Source of the DNA: Psammoneis japonica
Lineage: Eukaryota
Reading direction: 5' to 3'
DNA: 64,000 bases
NCBI GenBank assembly: GCA_008632985.1
Contig: QPGO01000003.1
Coordinates: 248,001 to 312,000, forward strand
The position numbers and the translations under genes were made by a program. Within the stretch, counting starts at the first letter, position 1. The number at the start of each line of letters is the position of its first letter. The notes beneath the pieces were generated by a model, which made no database searches, was not told the origin of the DNA, and was given only the letters and a program-made list of their open reading frames with translations. Shown piece after piece: positions 58,300-64,000 of the stretch.

Positions 58300-61200
58300 A
58301 CTAAACCCCACTACCTTTCCTCCCTGCTTCCCTGCTGTACAGTGTGTGCAGCTCCTTCTGCTCCAATGTCATCAAAGATGTCTTCCTTAGTGATCAAGGA
58401 ATGTCAAGAATTGCTTCCCATCTCGTCTTGCTGTCCCAAGAAGAGCAAATGATGAAGAAACACTCCACAAAGTGTTGAAAACCGAAAACTCCATCTACAA
58501 CACATTGGTTCTCTTGCAATGAAGCACTGCAAGAGGCTTTCCGGAGTAAAAAGAAACAGCAATCTATCCCACAAAGAGGTCGTTGTACAGATGCCACTGT
58601 AGAAGATGTGCCCGCAAGTCTCTCAGAATTTTGCTCACAAGGTTCGAGTTCTTTGGTGGAACACGCGCTTTGAATGGCAGAAGAAATGCGGATGCTGATG
58701 CTGCTGCTGCACAACAGCAACAGCAAGCAGAATTCTCTCTTACTGTGTTTTGGAACTTTGTTCTGAAACAGCCATGCGACATGCGTGCACACTGCTTTGA
58801 TCCCTCTGCAATGGAATGTCTTTTGCTCAAGTCTGCATGTCGAGTTGGAAAGCGACATGGGGAAGCTGCTCTGTTGCTTCTCTGGAATTGCTCAATGCGA
58901 TGTTAATTCTTCCACTGCAAAAATCAATGCTTGACTTGTTGTGGACAGAACACTCGCAAACGTGTCTTTGTGCGAGGCATGCGAAGCGGAAACCCAAACG
59001 AGTTGGCATTGATTTTTGGAAACCTTGGTGCAAGGGCGGGCATTGCAAACACCCAAACTACAAGGATTCAGTGCGTCGTTGTCCGAAGACCACGACGGAC
59101 AGAGCAACACTATAGAACAACAGCAACAGCAGTTGCGGCTGGGCAAAATGGGGGGGGGGGGGGACATTGAGGAGCAAACCGACGGATTGCCGTGTTGTGT
59201 GCGACAAGGAGTGTTTGAAAATTTGCTCGGAACATCGATCAAGGAGCACTGGAGAGTGTTTCTCGCATTTGCGACTTTCTGTGCTCTTTGATGCTCATGT
59301 CTAACTCAAAGAAGTTGTCGTCGAAGCAAGAATGATGGAGGAACCGGATTGGGATGTCCTGCTGCAGGCCAAGAATGAAGCATCGGACATTGTTGGTTGG
59401 CGTTCGCAACAGCCATGCGCTTTTTGGCACGACACCCGCTCCCACTGAATAGAGCATCACAATCCTCACAATTTGTTGGTCAATGGCTGCGACAAAGCAA
59501 GCTCTAAATCTTGAAGAAGGACAGTTCAAAGTTGGCTGCTTCCGCCTTGGAAGAAGCACATGAAACTGAGGACTCTTGAAAGGCTGTCAATGGAGTTCCC
59601 AATCGTTTTGCGCTGGAATTGGCCAAACTGCACACAACACGGACAAGGCTCGTGACTTGTGTGAGCATTCCTGCAGTCAAAGTTCCTGCGTGCTCAAGCA
59701 AGTTGATGACCTTGGAGCAGTGCCACGGAGTGTAGATTGAACTGGAACTTGCGCCAAGGAAAAGTGGGACGATGCACTGTCCTCAACTCTGCGTGCTGCA
59801 GCAGTGCCAAAGTGTCTTTGCTTTTCAGGTTTGCTCTTGGATGTTGAAGAATCCTCGCAAACTGTTGCTGTGTCACCATGGATTCCTAAAAATTGAGCCA
59901 TGGAACTCAAGGTGGCCACTCCCATGCACACTGTGAACTTTGTTTTGTTTCTCAAGGATCAAAAGTGCGTTGAAAAACCCTTTGCAGTCTATGAACGAGG
60001 TGTCAAACTGTTTGCTTTCCTCGTGCGGGTGCAAAATTGCTTTGGAAGAATCATCTCGAAGCCTTTGTCGAAGGATGCAGCGGATTGAAAAGGAACGAAT
60101 GCGCGGCTTGCTTCAACATTGAAAAAAAAACATGCCCTCCAGAAGAATCCTACGAGTTCTTTATGCTGGAAGGCAAGTTTGAAGTAAAACGCGGTCTGAC
60201 GAAATGTGCTCTTGGCACCGGTCGTGCCATGCAAGAAAAGGCTCCACTCAAGGAAAAGAGTGTGACCTGTCAGCTCTTTGTTGCAGCCGCGACATGAGAC
60301 ATTCATTGAGAAGGAGTTTCTGCTCTTCCTGATTGTCCTGTGGCAACAATGTGTTTGGACTGCATGCGAAAATGGAAACGTCGTTGCATGAACAAGTGGA
60401 TCGCGCACATGCATTGTTGGCGTGCGGTGCGCAACCTGCGGATCCTCGTTGGTTTCCAGAGCATGATTGTCACCCCTTTGGGTGTTGCCATTGCCTCTGA
60501 GACAGCAAAAAATTCTGAGGCAGCTTAAATGAACATTCAACACAAACGCACAAAGGCATTGCACAGGCAATCAGCTCTGCACGTGTGTGTCTCAACAGAC
60601 AAAGTTTTGCTTAATTGCATGTTTGCTTGTTCTTTGAACAGTTCACAACATTCATGTGGAAGCTCCCCCAGTGGCCCCAAATCCCAATTTTTGGACATGT
60701 CAGAGCTGCTGGCATTGGACATTGCCCTTTCTCCCACTCGCGCGCTCTCGCACCACACCTGCGCATCCTGGCTCCGGCCCCAACCGTCCCAACGATTTTT
60801 GTGCAGCAGTGCTTGCAACAAAAACATCAGAGATGATTCTTCGCAACCTCCGCAGTGCAAAGTGTGTGTGCGTTGCCTCCAATGAGATGCGCCGTTTGAT
60901 TTCGGAAAAACTCCCTCTCCCATGAGCCGCAATCTTGTTCATGGCAGTGCCAAGGTGTGCAAATGGTCGTCCCTGACAAAACTTTAAATTCTGCTGCTGT
61001 TTCGCTCATCTGTTGCCAATGTCTTTCTTTCAGCTCCATTGGCAGTGTCACAGAAGTCTTTTCTGATGGCTGCCAGCATGAAAAAGCTGCTTCATGAATG
61101 GGGACATGTTCACGGCACCTCTGTTTTTGACAGCCAGCCTCGTGAGACATGGCTGCACAGCACAAAGCCAAGAGCCCATCGCCACTGCAAGGTGGGCAGG

Positions 61201-64000
61201 AATCAAGGTTTTTCCATGCAACTTGAAAGGTGGCTTGGCACATTTCATCAGATCTCAACTTTGGGTTTCCAGCACTTTTTACAGCACCTTGTGCATGGTG
61301 ATGAGATGTGCAAGGAAATGCTGCAACATTGTGGTTGTTCGCATGCGACACTTGGGGGGAGCTCGTTTTTTCCAGAGAGCCTGAATCTTCTGCTCACAGC
61401 AGTGCACACTTTTTGGCAAACTCAGCATCTTGATGGAGCCTTGCACTGTTGCTTCCTCTTCCATGATGGTGGCAGGTGTGTGTGTGCAGCCTTCACACAC
61501 ACACATGCACACACACCCAGGAACAACCAACACTTTGCAATCTTTGGAGCTGGGTGTTTTTTGACTCGCAGCAAGAATTTGGGGGGGTTGTCCAATGTTC
61601 CTGAGTCACCTCCCTTTTCTGCAGTGTCAATGAAATGGCAACAACCTCCTTTTTCTCTCACAACTTTTTCTTCCCACTGTGCTTTCTGCATGGCCCTGGT
61701 TGGTGGCTTGGGTTGCTGGAAAGTGGTTGTGTGGAACACCCAGCTGCTTGCAAAATGCAATGTTGCAAGTGGGTTGAGCTTGCTTGGTCTCTTCTCAAAA
61801 TGTTCCTTCTGAGAGTGCTGCCTCCACACAATGGCTGAGCACTTCCAGCTCCTTTTGAAGGCTGTGTTGATGAAAATGACACCAGCACGTGGAAGTCAAT
61901 TGTCGTTTTGAATCCCACATCATTTGTTCTCTCTTTTTTTTTTCCAAATCCAAGGTCCATGAGATGCTGGCTTTTGCCTCTGTTTCAAGCATCAGCTTTG
62001 TCAAAAGGGCAGCTGCAAGAGAGAGAGGCTTTTTGCCAAGCAAGCTCATCTTCTGCTGACAACTTGGGGTGGGCAGCATGATTGTGGCAGGCACACTGGC
62101 AAGAGCTGCTGCTTGCATTGGCCATGGACTGCACAGAGACAGGATGAGAGCAGTCTGTGAGAGAATGATGCTGTTTTCTCAGACACGTCAACTTTCATGG
62201 TGCCAGCAGAGCCATTGCCACATTTGACAGCACAGAGGGCATTCCTCCAGGTTTCTGAATCCTGAAGCTGCTGGTGCAACCCATCCACCACTGCTGCAAG
62301 AGTGTTTTCTGGGGCTCAAGTTTGCAGTGACCCCAACACACACCCCAGGACTGACTGTGGGTGATCTTTGTGAGTCAAATTCTGGGCTCTGGTTCTTGTG
62401 AGTGGCAAGATTTGCAGCACTTTGCTTGTTTGTTTTTGTCAAACTCTCTTTGCTGACTCTCAAGAGCTGATCAATGTGCTCATGATCTGTTGCTTGCTTC
62501 TTTTGTCTGCCTCATGTTGAATCTCGTTTTGTGACTTCTCAGCCATGGCATGACCAGACGCAGTTGCGCCGTCATGGCAAAACACAAGCAGTTTTCATGA
62601 CAGAGTGCACCACTTTTGGGCAGCCATGCACGGGGGCACCTTGGCATCAACTCATTGCAAACTTTGTCATCATCAACATCCCAGTTTGTGCAGCTGTCAA
62701 TTGGATGTGTCCCACCTCTCTCTGGCGATCTTCCGCCTCTGTCTCGATGCGTTCCAGCCCTGGGTGGGAGCTCGTAGTGCTGGGGTGTGACCTGGTGCAA
62801 AAAAGCATGTGGGATTCTACAGGATCTAAAAATTGGAAAATGGCGAGTTTTGCGAAGCATCAGGCTTCATCAAGACTGAGGATTTTGACACCAGATCACG
62901 CCAGTTACATTCTTGAATGCCTGTGGAATGCACCCAAGCATGTTAAACTTCATGAACAAAGCTTCAGAATGCTCTGCAGCCGTTGCAAAAACCGCCATTT
63001 TTTCCAATGATTTTTTCTTTTGGTCGCAGACATGAAACCAACCACCAAATTTGCTCATGACATTGGCTTCTCTAATTCATTTGCAACATTAACTTCTCAA
63101 CGGACACTCACTTTCCATTCCTCTCACACTGTGAAATTTGAAATCATTTTCGTCCACTTCGAAAAAAAATGAATGGATGGAACCGAGCACCGTCCAAGTC
63201 GCGAAGTGTTTTGTCAGCAATGATCAACGTAAGTTGCAACCCAACAACAACCATGAGAAGCACATGATTCCCATTTCCCATTTTCTTTTTTGTTCAAACA
63301 AGCATGGGGAAAATTGGCAGGAATCACAAAGCTGTTCCACCACTGTTGTTGTAAAACAGGTGGTCACTTCAGACTTTGATCTCCTTCCAATCTCTGAAGA
63401 CAACCCTTTGCCACAGGGGTGCCGCAACAAAAGAGAAGTGATGGACAAAGGTGGGGTGCAGGTTAAGTGCGAAAGGCACGAAGAGATCATTGAGGAGCTG
63501 GCACATTGAGTTGCTCTCAATCATGAGGAAATCGATGAAAATAAAAGCAGTGATGATGAGGGGGGCAGCGAGAGTGAGATGGAGGGCGATGATGACATTG
63601 ACAACAGCAGCGACAGTTGACAACAGCACTGCATTGCATGAGTGCAACTCACATTGGCAGGCATCCGTGTGTCCACCTCTGCCCAGGTACAGAGTGCAAC
63701 TCCGTTGCATGCAGTGCCAAGAAAGAAAACAGCAGCACAGCCAATTGATGCCCAGCATCTGCCACAATGCTTGTGTGTGCATCAACATCAAAAGCTGCGT
63801 CAGTGCCCAATGCCACATCATGTCCAATGCCTTGCACACCTGCACTTGCCTTGGGAGCAAAGAAAGACAGAAACATGTCGTGAGAGATGCGTGAAGGGCA
63901 ACAATTGACAATCAAAAGAGTGCGTGCCAGCAGACTGGTTGACCGTTCCTGGCATCTGTTGCTGCAGCTGCATCCATTCCCAACATTTTGCTGCTCTCTG
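58300..64000. other. TpA-depleted degenerate domain running off the window end
   Basis: TA scarce throughout; CG partly retained at ~58500-60900 and mostly lost beyond; G14 run at 59150-59163; no credible ORF. Confidence 0.7.

Noticed and set aside
6750..64000. Numerous 60-250 aa C/H/Q/M-rich ORFs in the degenerate domains
   Set aside because: Artefact of TA depletion: TAA/TAG stops and Tyr codons vanish and TG/CA codons dominate; no domain motifs

Overview
Eukaryotic genomic DNA, very probably from a (pennate) diatom. Evidence: a CoDi-type Ty1/copia element, bipartite plastid presequences, short GT-AG introns and a silaffin-like gene. Gene islands encode two M64-type metallopeptidases, citrate synthase, a subtilase, phytoene desaturase, a GH72 glucanosyltransferase, two FG-GAP propeller membrane proteins, a THUMP methyltransferase, a silaffin-like protein, a DUF1415 protein and a mucin-like secreted protein. 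These islands alternate with sharply bounded domains (about 40% of the window) that are almost devoid of the dinucleotide TpA and, in older parts, also CpG, with an excess of TG/CA. Three internal comparisons show a directional, strand-symmetric TpA->TpG/CpA hypermutation confined to repeats and dead duplicates: the two LTRs of the copia element, an M64 pseudogene against its intact paralogue, and a citrate synthase pseudogene against the intact gene. This looks like a RIP-like genome-defence or heterochromatin mutation process with a chemistry different from fungal RIP, and it is the main finding. Many single-base frameshifts in essential genes suggest an unpolished long-read assembly, so a base-calling artefact must be excluded.
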